Assembly (NCBI GenBank): GCA_937625935.1
Contig: OW569379.1
Location: forward strand, 389,602-453,601
Direction of reading: 5' to 3'
From: Tetramitus jugosus
Taxonomy: Eukaryota; Protista; Heterolobosea
Length of the DNA: 64,000 nt
Made by a program: the position numbers and the translations under genes. Shown piece after piece: positions 22,474 through 34,957 of the stretch. Below the pieces are notes generated by a model, which saw nothing but the letters and a program-made list of their open reading frames with translations, was not told the origin of the DNA and ran no database searches. Every line of letters starts with the position of its first letter. The first letter of the stretch is position 1.

Positions 22474-24794
22474 TCATTCTTCTCTCTTCCATTCGGCATC
22501 AATATTGATGTCCACTAACTCTTCTACTAGAGTTGGGTCAGTAGTGTTGAGCAAGAAATCATTCTTCAACACTTCACTCTTGAAAGTACCATCATCAACA
22601 AAGCACTTCTTCACGGTATAAAATTTGATAATCTGTTTCCAGTAGGGGTCCAGAGCTAAAAGATTAGCATTTCCAACAATGTACATCAACGAGATTGCTC
22701 TCGAGATGGCTACATTCAGTCTCTTCTCATTCTGCAAAAATCCAAGCCTAAACTTGATATCATGAGTCAAGTTTTCTCGGGCGGATCTCACAGTGGAGAT
22801 GATAATCACTTTGTATTCTCTACCTTGGAAATTCTCAGTGGTTCCAACTGTAATGCCTGAAAATCCTCTGCCTAAAGAATGGAATTGCTTTCGAATTAGA
22901 TCTGCTTGCTTTCTGTAAGGTGTAATGATGCCAATGTCCTCATTTGTGAATCTGTTGTTTTTGAATTCTCGAGTCTTATGTAATTGCGCAATCAATCGAA
23001 TCACAGTATTAATCTCACCTCTGTTGAACCAAGAAGGACTGTCAGATTCTCTGCTTTCTAGTGAAGTTATATGATGAAACACCATTGGAATCTCTGGATT
23101 CTGGAGTAGATCACGGTCCCCAACAAACAAACGAGAGATAGCCGGTGATTGATTAGTGAGTTGTCCATCATAGAACACGTCTGAATAGCATGCCATGATA
23201 TGCGGATGGGCACGATAGGATACTGTTAAAGGACAAATGATGCCAATGTTTCTCTTGAAAATTCTTTCAAGCATGGAGACATCTAGATTGTACTCTTTAG
23301 CTAGTGGGGATCGAATCACCGGTCCCAGCTGCTTAGGATCACCTGCAAGAATGATTTTAGTGGTAGGGGAAGCAAGTCCGAGAGGAATTAAGGTTTCTGC
23401 CTCCAGAGCCTCTCCTGCTTCGTCAATGAAAATGTGTCCGAACCATTCTTGGCCAATATTTCTGCTCACTAAATAACCAGCACTCACACATGTTGACACA
23501 ATTACTCTATACTGTTGTAGTTCGATTTTCTCTGGAATCGGAAACATTCCATCCTTGTAGTTTGAGTACTTCTTCAGTGATGGTTCCATTGTTTTTGGAT
23601 CTCTTGTCATGCCATTCATTCTAAAGATGTTGGTTTCACCAGCATCAATTAAGCGCCTACAGATTAAATCTGCGGCATGATTCGACGGAGCACACAGCAG
23701 AATGGATTTCTTACTTGCTTTCAACACAGCCAACGCACAGTGGATAACTGTTTCAGTCTTTTGTATTCGTTGTACAAAAAGATAGAGTATGAGAGTTAGT
23801 ACCTACATATCAGATAAATGGGGACAATTAAGAAAATAATACTAACCTTGCCTGTTCCCGGAGGACCAAATATGATGATAGGACGAGTTGAGTTGCCTAG
23901 GCAATGTCTAACACAATTTTTCTGATCTTCGTTCAGTTGTCCATGAACATTGGTATCTAATTGGAGAGCCAGCACCGAGTTATCATAGATCGTTCCGTGA
24001 TCAGTGAGTAGCCTTCTGTTGAAAACAATGTTTCCCAGAGCTCTGTGCATCAATTTTTGTGGAGTACGATTCATTCCGAATCGAACATCTAATCCATTCT
24101 TCAAGTACTTGTTAATGTCCACGTGAAACGATACTCTCACATCTTCTAGGTTCACATAGTGAACATAACCCTTGAACACAGTGCCATTGGATGCTGGAGA
24201 AGCAGTTATCGTGTCATTTCTCAGTACAGAGGGTCTTTTCTCTGCCAGTCCAGGAACAGAAAGTACATGGAGACCTCGATTGACTGGATCTACTGTCATA
24301 AATGCCTTATCAATATCATATTGACGGAGGTCAATCAAATTTTGTATCTCCTCAATAAACAAGAGAATATTCATGTGATTTTGATATCCTCTTGGTTTCA
24401 CAGATCTTGTTTGAATCTTAGGACTCAATAAACCCTTGTACTTGGTTTTCAACTCATCCAGAATAGAGTAAGAAGTATTGCCATGAATGCTTCTCAACAT
24501 TTTCTTCATTGCTTTTGGGGGTGGATATGGTCGAAGTGGACACTCAAATTCAACTCTCTCAATTGGAGGACGAACACCTCGTAACTTTTTACCTTGGAAG
24601 TTGTTTCTACTGACTCGTCTGCGCCATCCAGTGGTTCCATTCTTTGGTTGTTGTGGTTGTGTCTGGAAATTGCTGGGTTGAGATACTTGACCAGAGTTAA
24701 CTTGTTGCAGCTGTTGTGGCTGTTGTGCCTTTGCCTTGGGCTTTCTTTGTTTGCGTCTAGGCTTGTTGGTTGTTGTGGGATTAACTTGTGACAT
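22474..24794 (-). CDS. MOV10: MOV10/SDE3/Armitage-like SF1 RNA helicase, 2 exons
   Basis: VPGLAEKRPSVLRND (MOV10 signature). Walker A GPPGTGK|T is split by intron 23846-23758. Also CAPSNHAAD, IDEAGEA, LAGDPKQLGP, FQGRE, RLNVAISRA. Confidence 0.88.
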
Positions 24795-25041
24795 CTCAGT
24801 TCTTTGTCTTGTTTGCTTGTGTTTTTGTTGTCTTATATGTCAATTTTGTCCCCCTTCAAGTGTCGCACGAAGGATTTTTGAGGGTCCCCTCCTTCGTTTT
24901 TATTGTAAAGTGGAGAATGAATGGTTTGGCTATTTTTCGCAAATCAGGAGAATTAAACTCATCGAGAGACCTATTTATTTTACAATGATTGGGTCGTTTA
25001 TGGGTTGACTGTATTTGGAAAAGCTCATTCTGGTTAAAGTA

Positions 25042-26580
25042 TCAATCAAATAATACTTTCTTCAAGAACACTGGATTAAGGAAGCGAGTTTTGTAGTTTT
25101 GGTCCATGTGCTGGAATCTAATTTGCTCCTCCCACATGTACTTGTCGACTGCACATCGCTTTGCCCAACGCATTAGCAAGTTACTCAGGACTGGGTACAA
25201 GGTCTTCTGAAGGATAACATTTCCTCCAGTTGTTCCTGGATACTTAAGATCACCAATTGCAATGGTGGTCCATGGCAGTGTGACAGCATCATACACCTTC
25301 TGTTGGAATGATGGACCAAAGTTTGCGTCTTGTTCGACAGGTAGGGAGCACTGACGCAACAGAGTATCCAAGATCAGGCATTGCTCTGAAACAAGTGTCA
25401 TTCCTTGTCCGTAGATTGGACTGAGAGAGCAAACGACATCTCCCAGTGCTACATATCCCTTCATGTTAAACTTTTCAAAATGTTGATAAGTAGATCCCTC
25501 CTTCTTGTAAATCTTCAACTCGTCTTCATCGTTGCATTCAAAAGCATCGAGAATCTGGTTGGTTACCTTTTGGAGAATAGGGTGATCTTCAGGACCTCCA
25601 TAACTCGTTCTTGCTTCATAAACTGTCTTTGGCATCTTTGGATTATTGACACCAATGAGAGAAAGAATAGCCTTTCCATCTTCAATGGCATTGACACCAA
25701 CAGTTTTTACAGATGGATAAGCACCTCTAAACAGCACGTAGTGTTGATTGATACCATTTTGAACAGCCAATGGAGTATCTTTCTTGATCTTAAACTGTGA
25801 GCTAGAGTAAACAACATTGCTTCTGACAACACTTTGGAAGTCTGAGACTTTGTGGCCAGGGTGGAAGTGTCCAATCAATTGACTCAGAGTTTTTGTGCTT
25901 CGACCAGAACAATCAACAACAAATGATCCGAAGAGACTCTCCTCATCCGATGACTCTGATCCGGAACCAGTCTTTACACCAACAACGCGATGCTTATCAC
26001 TGTCATCCATCAACAACTCCTTGACAGTGACACGCGTTCTTACTTCCACATTCTTAATACTGGCCACTCTCTCACGAATATACAATTCGAGTAAATCACG
26101 GGAAAAACTCAACAATGTCAAATTGAATTCTCCTCTCTTGAATTGGGGCATGCTTCCAAACGGAGTCACAGCATTGAACTCTGAGTAATCGACATGCATA
26201 GTTCCTCTGTCAATCATACCTTGAGAGAAACCAGGAAAGATTTTGTCAAGAATGGACCTTCCTCTGTACAATAAACTGTGAATAAAGTGTCTCTGAGGTG
26301 CATTGCTCCTATCATCCAAATACTCTTGTTGTTCAAGCACAATCACCTTCTTAAAATGATGTGAGAGAGTAGCAGCAGAAATGAGACCCCCGAGTGAACC
26401 ACCAATTACAATGGCAGTACTATTCTTGTTTGGACTGTGTTCATTCAGAGTTCCAATCCTTGATTTTTGCAAGTTTTCATGGTACAGAATTTGAGTGAGA
26501 CGTTTGGCAACGTAGAACAATGCAGCAGTCAGAGCAATCACCAACAAGGCAGTTGCATATTGCAGGATTTGAAGTATCAT
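25042..26580 (-). CDS. Membrane-anchored FAD-dependent monooxygenase/oxidoreductase (bacterial LasC-like family)
   Basis: N-terminal TM, then VIGGSLGG FAD-binding motif, PQxxxxH motif, VVDCSGR and LGDVVCSLSPIYGQGMT. Confidence 0.8.
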   Translation of the reverse strand: MILQILQYATALLVIALTAALFYVAKRLTQILYHENLQKSRIGTLNEHSPNKNSTAIVIGGSLGGLISAATLSHHFKKVIVLEQQEYLDDRSNAPQRHFIHSLLYRGRSILDKIFPGFSQGMIDRGTMHVDYSEFNAVTPFGSMPQFKRGEFNLTLLSFSRDLLELYIRERVASIKNVEVRTRVTVKELLMDDSDKHRVVGVKTGSGSESSDEESLFGSFVVDCSGRSTKTLSQLIGHFHPGHKVSDFQSVVRSNVVYSSSQFKIKKDTPLAVQNGINQHYVLFRGAYPSVKTVGVNAIEDGKAILSLIGVNNPKMPKTVYEARTSYGGPEDHPILQKVTNQILDAFECNDEDELKIYKKEGSTYQHFEKFNMKGYVALGDVVCSLSPIYGQGMTLVSEQCLILDTLLRQCSLPVEQDANFGPSFQQKVYDAVTLPWTTIAIGDLKYPGTTGGNVILQKTLYPVLSNLLMRWAKRCAVDKYMWEEQIRFQHMDQNYKTRFLNPVFLKKVLFD

Positions 26581-27242
26581 GATGATGATAGATATTGAAA
26601 GCTTTCAAATTGATAATGATGATACGATCGTAGTATGGATAAAACAACAAGTTTTCTTCTTCTTCTTCTTGTCAAGTGTTTTGTGAGAGAGAAAAAGCGA
26701 CAAGTGCGATAGAGTGTGTTCAAACAAAAAGTTGGAGAATAAAAGTTGAAAATGAACGAATGAATTTTGCTATGAATGGTAGAATGCGATAGGCAGCTGA
26801 CTTGTGATGTCGGTTCTCTCTTATGGACTTTGGTTTTAGGTTAAAAACAGAATACTGCCAAGAATGTTGAGGATGCTTTGGATGGGTGAGTGAAGGATGA
26901 TGACAATCACGTGATAGAGTGAGTTGATTGTTAGTATTTGGGAAGTTTTTGTTTACTGGACCTTGCTTTTATTGTTGTCTTTTTGACGGGCGACGGCGAA
27001 AAATTAATGTCCGTTAAGGAAGCTTGACCTAGTGTGTCTCCGTTCGCCAGATTCGATTTGATTGATTTCACCTATCATTCCATAAAAGTAGGTAACTACG
27101 GAGTAATTCCCAAAAAGGATTGATGTTTGGCATGGGGAGTCAGCGAATTTTCGACTTCCAGCATTGTGTTGCCCAGTCCGAGACAAAACAACAAAGTAAC
27201 GATAATCACGAAAGACCACACAAACAAACAAACAATATCAAG

Positions 27243-30200
27243 ATGCAACAAGGTATCGAAAGAGTATGTCACACTTTGAACTTTTGTTCCACCCCTTACT
27301 GTGGCCCCGTAAGGGCCAGATCTATTTTTAGTGTTCGCTCACACAAACTTTTCTTCCTTCAACCAACATGAAATGTCTGTCTCTTTCATGGAATGGACAA
27401 TCATCATCATCATCATCACAACTACAGATACCACTAACAATCGAACAAAAAGGAATATGGTTCGAATGCGAAAAGAATCCAACATCATCGGCATATACTG
27501 TACAATGGGCCTATCACATACAAGGTAAACTAGACATTCAATTATTGGAACAAAGTTTGAACAGTGTCATTCATCGACACGATGCCATGAGAACAAGGTT
27601 CGGAAAGGAGAGTGGTGGCGTGCCTTACACGTACGTTGAAAAAGAACATTCCAATCAAATTTTGAGTGTTCAATTTTTGAGAGATCACAATGAAATTCAG
27701 GAGGTGATCAGGTCAGAGTGCGATCATTGCTTTGATTTGTACAAGGAGCGCCTGTATCGCTTTACGGTGATTATCGCGGGAAAAGATGATTTTTATTTTT
27801 TGGTGGTGAAGCATCATTTGATTTATGATGGTGCAAGTGCCTATTTGTTTGCCAAGGAGTTGTCCGAGGTGTATCAGGGCAAAACAATGGAGAAACCTGC
27901 GTCAAATATTCATGATTGGTACAGGTATCAAGAATCAATGCAAGAGCTAGTGGAAAAAAGCAAGCCATTCTGGGATCAGTATATGCTAGGGTCATCTCCC
28001 GTTGATCTCCATTGCTATTCCAATGTTGTGCCTGATCGATCAGTGAGCGTTGTGAATCGCTCCTTGCCTGTCGCCTTGTCGAGCCAGGTCAAATCGTTTA
28101 GCAGAGCGCACAAGAGCACGGATTTTAGAACTCTGATGACTGCATTTCAAATTTTGCTTCACAGGTATACACATTCGGATGACATTACCATCATGTATCC
28201 AAAGAACATGAGACCTAGAAGCTTACCGGATTTGATGGGTCTTCACATGTCTGTCCAGCCATGTAGAGTCAAATTCTCATCGGACACCTCATTTTTGAAC
28301 ATTATCGAACAGAACAATGAATCGTTTGATCAATTTAAGGATATGGCACCATTTAACATTGCAAAGCTCTCCTCTGATGATACAGCAGTGTTATTTGGCA
28401 GATCCATGTACATATTTGATACCCTTCAATTCGGAGAGGGAATCACTGTGAATAGAATGGATATCGCAAGAGCGGCATCTGTATCAACGTTTTGCTTGCA
28501 AATGGAACCTGTAGGCGACTCGTATGAACTCTTTTTCGAGTATAATAATAACAAGTTTGAGCTATCGTATGTTGAAGAGATGGCTGTACACTATTTGAAC
28601 ATTGTTAAGGCAATGATTGAAACTCCAGATGCACTGGTAAACTCGTTCAACTTTTTGTCGGAACCAGAGATGACACGGTTGGTATTCGATTGGAACGACA
28701 CTGTAACTCCTTTACCAAATAAGAATGTGATAGAGATATTTGAGGACAATGTAGCTCGGTATCCTGATCACACGGCAATCAAGTACCTCGATGAACAATA
28801 TACGTATCGACAGGTAAATGAAAGAGCAAACAAGTTGGCCCGGTATTTGGTGTCCGTGGGCGTATCGATTGAAGATTGCGTCGCTGTGAGTCTCGAAAGA
28901 ACACCTGATCTACTCATTTCTTTCCTGGCCGTGTTAAAGGCTGGTGGTGCCTATGTTCCTCTCGATATCAACTACCCTCAAAGCAGAGTTGATTATATTG
29001 TACAGGATTGTAATGCAAAAGCAATTATTGCTCACTCAAATTTTGAAGGGAAACTGAGTAACCATAAGATTGCCAAGTTGTATATTGACAGATCAAGTGA
29101 ATATGAACACTTCTCCAGTGATGAAAACTTGGGAGTTGTTGTGTCAAAGAACTCTTTACTAAATGTCATTTATACCTCAGGAACAAGTGGAAAGCCAAAG
29201 GGTTGTATGGTTCTTCATAGAGGTGTCGTCAGATTAGTCAAGAATACCAACTGCTTCTCCATTGAGCCATCTCACGTTGTCGGTCAGATTTGTAATCACT
29301 CCTTCGATGCTTCCTCCTTGGAAATATACATGGCTCTTTTGAATGCAGCGACCTTGGTAATGATTCCAACAAAGACTGTGCTTCATGCACAAAAATTCAA
29401 GCAGAATATGAAACGGTATGGTGTGACTCATCTCGTGTTCAGCACAGGTGTGTTTGATCACTTGGTTACTATGGATCCAACTGTCTTCGAAGGTTTAGAC
29501 ACGGTCATCGCTGGTGGAGATAAGATGAAACCAGCAATCAGCAACAGAGTATTATCTCTTGAAGCAACTAGACCTGCTCACTTGCTCAATGTTTACGGTC
29601 CAACCGAGAATTCAACAAGTACATCCTTTTTCGAAGTTGAGATCGCTGAGCCAGACTATGTCATTCCAATTGGTAAGAGCATCTCCAACACTCAGTGCTA
29701 CATTCTAGATAGAAATAGAAAATTGGTACCTGTTGGAGTCAACGGATTTTTGCACACTGGAGGTGAAGGTGTTGCTCGAGGTTATCTGAACAATCCAGAA
29801 CAGACTGAATCTCGGTTCTACGAACATGAGTTCGAAAATGGTTTTAAGACACGGCTATACAACACTGGTGATTTGGCTCGGTATCTTCCTGATGGTAATA
29901 TTGAGTTCTTGGGAAGAAATGACAAGCAAATCAAACTAAGAGGATACCGTATCGAACTTGCAGAGATTGAGGCTGAAATTTTGAAACATCCAGAAGTTTT
30001 CGAAGCAGTTGTCGAACCAGTAGATCAAGGAACAAACAAGAAGATTGTGGCATATGTTAAGGCACCAATGAACGTCAAGAGAAAGTTGTCTAATTCACTG
30101 CAATCGACTCTACCAAGTTATATGATGCCGAGCGAGATTGTTATGCTTGATGATTTCCCTCTCAATGGTAACGGTAAGGTAGATATTGAAAAGTTGAAGA

Positions 30201-33200
30201 CTCTTCATACACCAAGACCAAGTGTTGATGAAAGAGTTGTGCCGACGAATGGTGTTCAGAGAGACATTGAGAAGATTTGGGCAACAGTTTTGAGCGTTGA
30301 ATCCGTGAATGTGAATGCCAACTTTTTCGATCTAGGAGGAAACTCACTGTTGCTAGCTCAGTTGAGATCCATGCTGTCTGATTATTCCAAGAAGGAGATC
30401 TCCTTGGTAGATCTGTACAAGTATACAACAATCGAACAAATGGCTGAATATTTATGTCCAGAAGATAGTCAGGCAACTGATTCAATCCACATAAGTGAAG
30501 ATCAGAAATCTCAACCATCAGAAGAGTCACAAGTAGCAACGGATGCCATATCTAACAATGATATTGCTATCATTGGTATTGCCGGTAGATTCCCTGGTTC
30601 AACAGACATGGATACTTTCTGGGATAACATTTGCAATGGTAGAGGAGCAGTCTCCATCAAATCCAAGGATGAGTTGATTGGCTTAGTGGACGAGACTCTC
30701 ATAAAGAATCCTAATTTCATTCCTTCTCGTCCTTTATTGGATGATATCAAGGGATTTGATGCTGGATTCTTCAATGTGGGTGTTGGTGAGGCCGCTTTAT
30801 CTGACCCTCAACACAGAATTCTGATGGAGTGTGTCTGGGAGGCTTTGGAGTCATCTGGTCACACGCCATCTAACTATGATGGACGTATTGGACTATTTGC
30901 TGGTTGTGGTTTGAACTACTATTCTCCAGCTAGTCATCTCCATAAGGATGGAAATGCAGCAGAGAGGTATCAATCAACCATTCAGAACGAAGCTGATTTC
31001 TTGTGCTCAAAGATTGCATACAAGCTGAATCTGAAGGGACCTGCTGTAACTGTCCAAACTGCGTGCTCAACCTCCTTAGTTGCTGTACACATGGGCTGTA
31101 ACTCAATTATTGTCTCAGATTGTGACATGGCTATTGCTGGTGGTGTGAGTCTCGGATCATTGGATGCTCTAGGATACATCTATGAAGAAGGAATGATCTA
31201 TTCAAAGGATGGACTCGTCCGACCATTCGACAAGAACGCATGTGGTGTTGTTGCTGGACAAGGAGCTGCTGTTGTAGTGATGAAATCGCTCACGAAAGCA
31301 ATCAAGGACAGAAACACAATCTTTGCTGTCATCAAGGGATCAGCAATTAACAATGATGGAGGAGCAAACAAGGTAGGATTCACTGCGCCAAGTGAAGAAG
31401 GTATTTCTCAAGTTATCATGCAAGCACAAAGAAGAGGAAATGTCGACCCAAGCACCGTATCGTACATTGAAACACACGGAACTGCAACTGCACTCGGAGA
31501 TCAAATTGAGTTTGCTGGTCTACAAAGAGTTTTCTCAAAGTGCCAACAAACTCCATTCTGTGCTCTGTCATCAGTCAAGTCAATGTTGGGTCATCTAGAC
31601 ACAGCGTCCGGAGCAACCGGACTTATTACTGCTGCTCTTGCATTGAAGAACAAACAACTACCACCGATTGCAAACTTCTCTGAGCCACATCCAAAGTTCC
31701 ATATGGAATCTAGTCCGTTCTATGTCAATTCCACTAGTAAGGAATGGAAACACTCTCCTCAGCTACCACGTAGAGCTGGTGTGAACTCGATGGGTATTGG
31801 TGGTACCAATGCCCATGTCGTCCTGGAAGAATTCATATCAGAAACGAGAACTACAGAGTCCAGACCATGGCAAATCGTATCTCTCTCTGCGAAGACCCCA
31901 GCAGCACTTGAAGTTGCTACAAGCAACATGATGCACTACTTGAAGAAACATCCTGAAAATATGGCCGATGCCGCATACACCCTGCATGTTGGACGTGACA
32001 CCTATCAACACAAAAGATTTGTTGTTTGTGACACTGCACAGAGTGCTATTGATCAATTGAGCAACCCTGCTTCCTATTCAACACTACAACAGAAGAAGAT
32101 CATTTTCATGTTCCCTGGTTCTGGTAATCAATATGTGAACATGTCCAAGGGCATCTACGACTCTGAACCTCTATTCAGACAAGTAATCGATGAATGCTTG
32201 GTGATTATCAATCGAATCATTCTCACTAGTGAGACATCCTCTCTTGAAACCTTGTCATTCAAGGATCTTTTTGAGAACAGAGTGAATCAGATCGACTTGA
32301 TGCAGCCATTGATATTCTGTGTCGAATATGCACTTGCCAAATTGATTATGAGCTGGGGAATCATGCCATCTTCAATGATTGGTCACAGTCTTGGAGAGTA
32401 CACTGCTGCTTGTCTCGCTGGTGTTTTCACCTTGGAAGATGCCTTGACGATCATCATGGCCAGAGGTAGTTTGGCAAAATCCATTACAACGAAGGGATGC
32501 ATGTTAGCCGTCAGTGTACCAGAAGACAAGATTGCGCCCTATATCCGTGCTGACGTTAACCTTGCAGCCGTCAATGGTCCTAACCAATGTGTGCTCTCTG
32601 GTAGCGTAGAGAGCATTGACCAAGTGTGTAAGGAACTGAGTGAGAGCTCGGGTACACCAATTCAGTTCAAACGATTGAGAACTGAAACTGGATATCACTC
32701 ATACTTGTTTGACTCTGTCCTTGATCAATTCTCTAGAGTATTCGATGGAATTGTGATGCAACAGCCTCAAATTCCAATCATTTCATCAATGAATGGGACT
32801 TGGATGCAACAAGGAGAGGCCACTTCATCAGACTATTGGGTGCGTCACTTAAGAGACACCGTTCACTTCTCCAAGGGTGTATTCACCATTCTCTCCAGTC
32901 CTCTCTATGAAAGTGCAATTCTGCTCGAAGTTGGACCAAGCAGCACACTGTCATCACTTGCTAAAACACAAGTGACAAACAGCGAAAACCATGTCATTGT
33001 ACCACTCATGAGAAGAGAGACTGAAAAGTTTGAGGATATGCAACACCTTCTCAACGGTATTGGAAGACTGTGGGCTTGCAGTGGAGTACGTTCACCAGTC
33101 AACTGGAACAAATTCTATTCACAGGAACAAAGACTCAGAATTCCTTTGCCAACCTATCCGTTCCAACGTCAGCAACATTGGATCCATTCAGCCAAATCTC

Positions 33201-34333
33201 CTCCTATGATCCAAAACAACCGAAGAAGAACTGAACCTTTGGTGTCACTTGGAGAAGCACCAGTTGTTGCCTCACCACGTGAGGATGGATATTCGAGTGA
33301 AGTTCATCACACAACAGCAACCAACAGCATTGTCGGTGGCCACAATGATTTACAGCGTAGAATCATTGCACATTGGCAACAGACATTGGGTCTTCAAAAT
33401 GTCACCTTGGAAACTGACTTTTTCGATGCTGGAGGAGATTCTCTGTCCTCTATTGGCATGCTCTCAAAATTGGGAGCTGAATTGAGAATGGACTTGATGC
33501 CATCTTTGCTCATTGAGCATCGAACAGTTTCAAAGTTGGTCAAGTACATTGAAGGAGCCATGAGATCTTCTGCTGTGCCAACAACACCAACAAATGTCAT
33601 CGAAGCTACAAGCAATAGTGCAACAACGGCAACAAACAGTACTGTGACGAATCACTTGGTCTTGATACAGAAAGGAAAACCAGGCAAAACACCAATTGTT
33701 CTTGTTCATGCCATTGCAGGTCACATATTTGAGTATGTCGCCTTTGCAAAACACCTAGGTGATGATCAACCTCTCTACGCTTTCCAAGCATCATCTGGTC
33801 ATGGTAATCCTCCTTTTGATAATATCAACGATATGGCTCGTGTTTATGTGAATGAGCTTGTGTTAAAATTGAAAGAAAGGAAGTTTGTGCTTGGAGGTCA
33901 CTCATTTGGTGGAATTGTAGCCCTGGAGATGTCACATCAAATGCAACTAAGGGGTTATCACGTGCCTCTTTTGGTCTTACTCGATAGTCCGATTCTTAAA
34001 AGTGTACCAAAGTCACTGAAAAAAGATGCGATCGTCAAGTACATGTCAAAGTATCATGCGGGATACACATTAGATGATCAGCAGATCGAATCTTGGTTGT
34101 CGCATCAGAAAGCGATGACGGATTACGCACCCGCCAACATTTACGAAGGAACTGTTTTGTTTGTGAAAGCAGAAGTCAAAATTGAGGAGCTGCCCGTTTC
34201 ACCCGAGATTCCTTGGCACGAGATAACAGCGACAATGCATCTTTACACTGTCGCTGGTGACCATGCCACAATGCTCCGTGGTGACAATGTCGAACAAATC
34301 GTGCGCATCCTGAGCGAACACATGCCTCAATAA
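27243..34333 (+). CDS. Hybrid NRPS-PKS: C-A-PCP-KS-AT-ACP-TE
   Basis: C HHLIYDG (~27812). A: YTSGTSGKPKG (29171), SFDAS, YGPTE, YNTGDL, NGKVD. PCP GGNSL (~30335). KS VQTACSTS (Cys 31064), ETHGT, GHLD. AT GHSLG (32381). ACP GGDSL (~33431). TE GHSFG and GDH. Main exon ORF is 27368-34333; probable 5' micro-exon 27243-27263. Confidence 0.95.
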
Positions 34334-34957
34334 AATGATCTGTCAAACCAAAAGGCAAACAGGGCAAAGAGCCCGTGATTCGCTCCAATCAGTTTTCTCC
34401 GTACGTTATTATGCCGACCACCAGATTCGTGTGATTTAGCACAAAATGAGAAGGTCGGTTATTTTTGTGCCCTTGCATTTCAAAATTAAGCGCCAAGCAT
34501 GTCCTTGTTGGGGCCGTTCGACGTTTCGGTTTTTCTCATGTCGATTGTCAAACGATAAATCGAGGTGCTCAATGAAATAAATGGCTGTTGTTTCCACATC
34601 ATAACGACAGGTTGAAAGGTCGGGACCCCATCACGCCCACACACTCCATGTGACAAATAACTGAAACTCACACATCTGCTCCCAGTATAAAAAACAAACT
34701 CAACAACACGACCTGGCTCACTCAACTCTCCAAACCAACCAAACGAAACGCACAACAACAACGTCTCCTCTCTGAGCGCGCAACAACACCTTGAACGACC
34801 CGTCGTGCCATTTTCATACTCTCCTTCCAATAATAATCGCTTTTTATCGGAAAACTACCCCACTCACACACACACACAAAAGAGAGAGACTAACCAACCA
34901 ACCAACCAAATTTTTTTTTGAGACAATAACAACTGCCATTCAACAAACAACAACAAT

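Noticed and set aside
27368-34333. NRPS-PKS as bacterial contamination
   Set aside because: Contiguous with intron-containing eukaryotic genes, host-like poly-Ser N-terminus and leader, and a probable spliceosomal intron; read-level confirmation still needed
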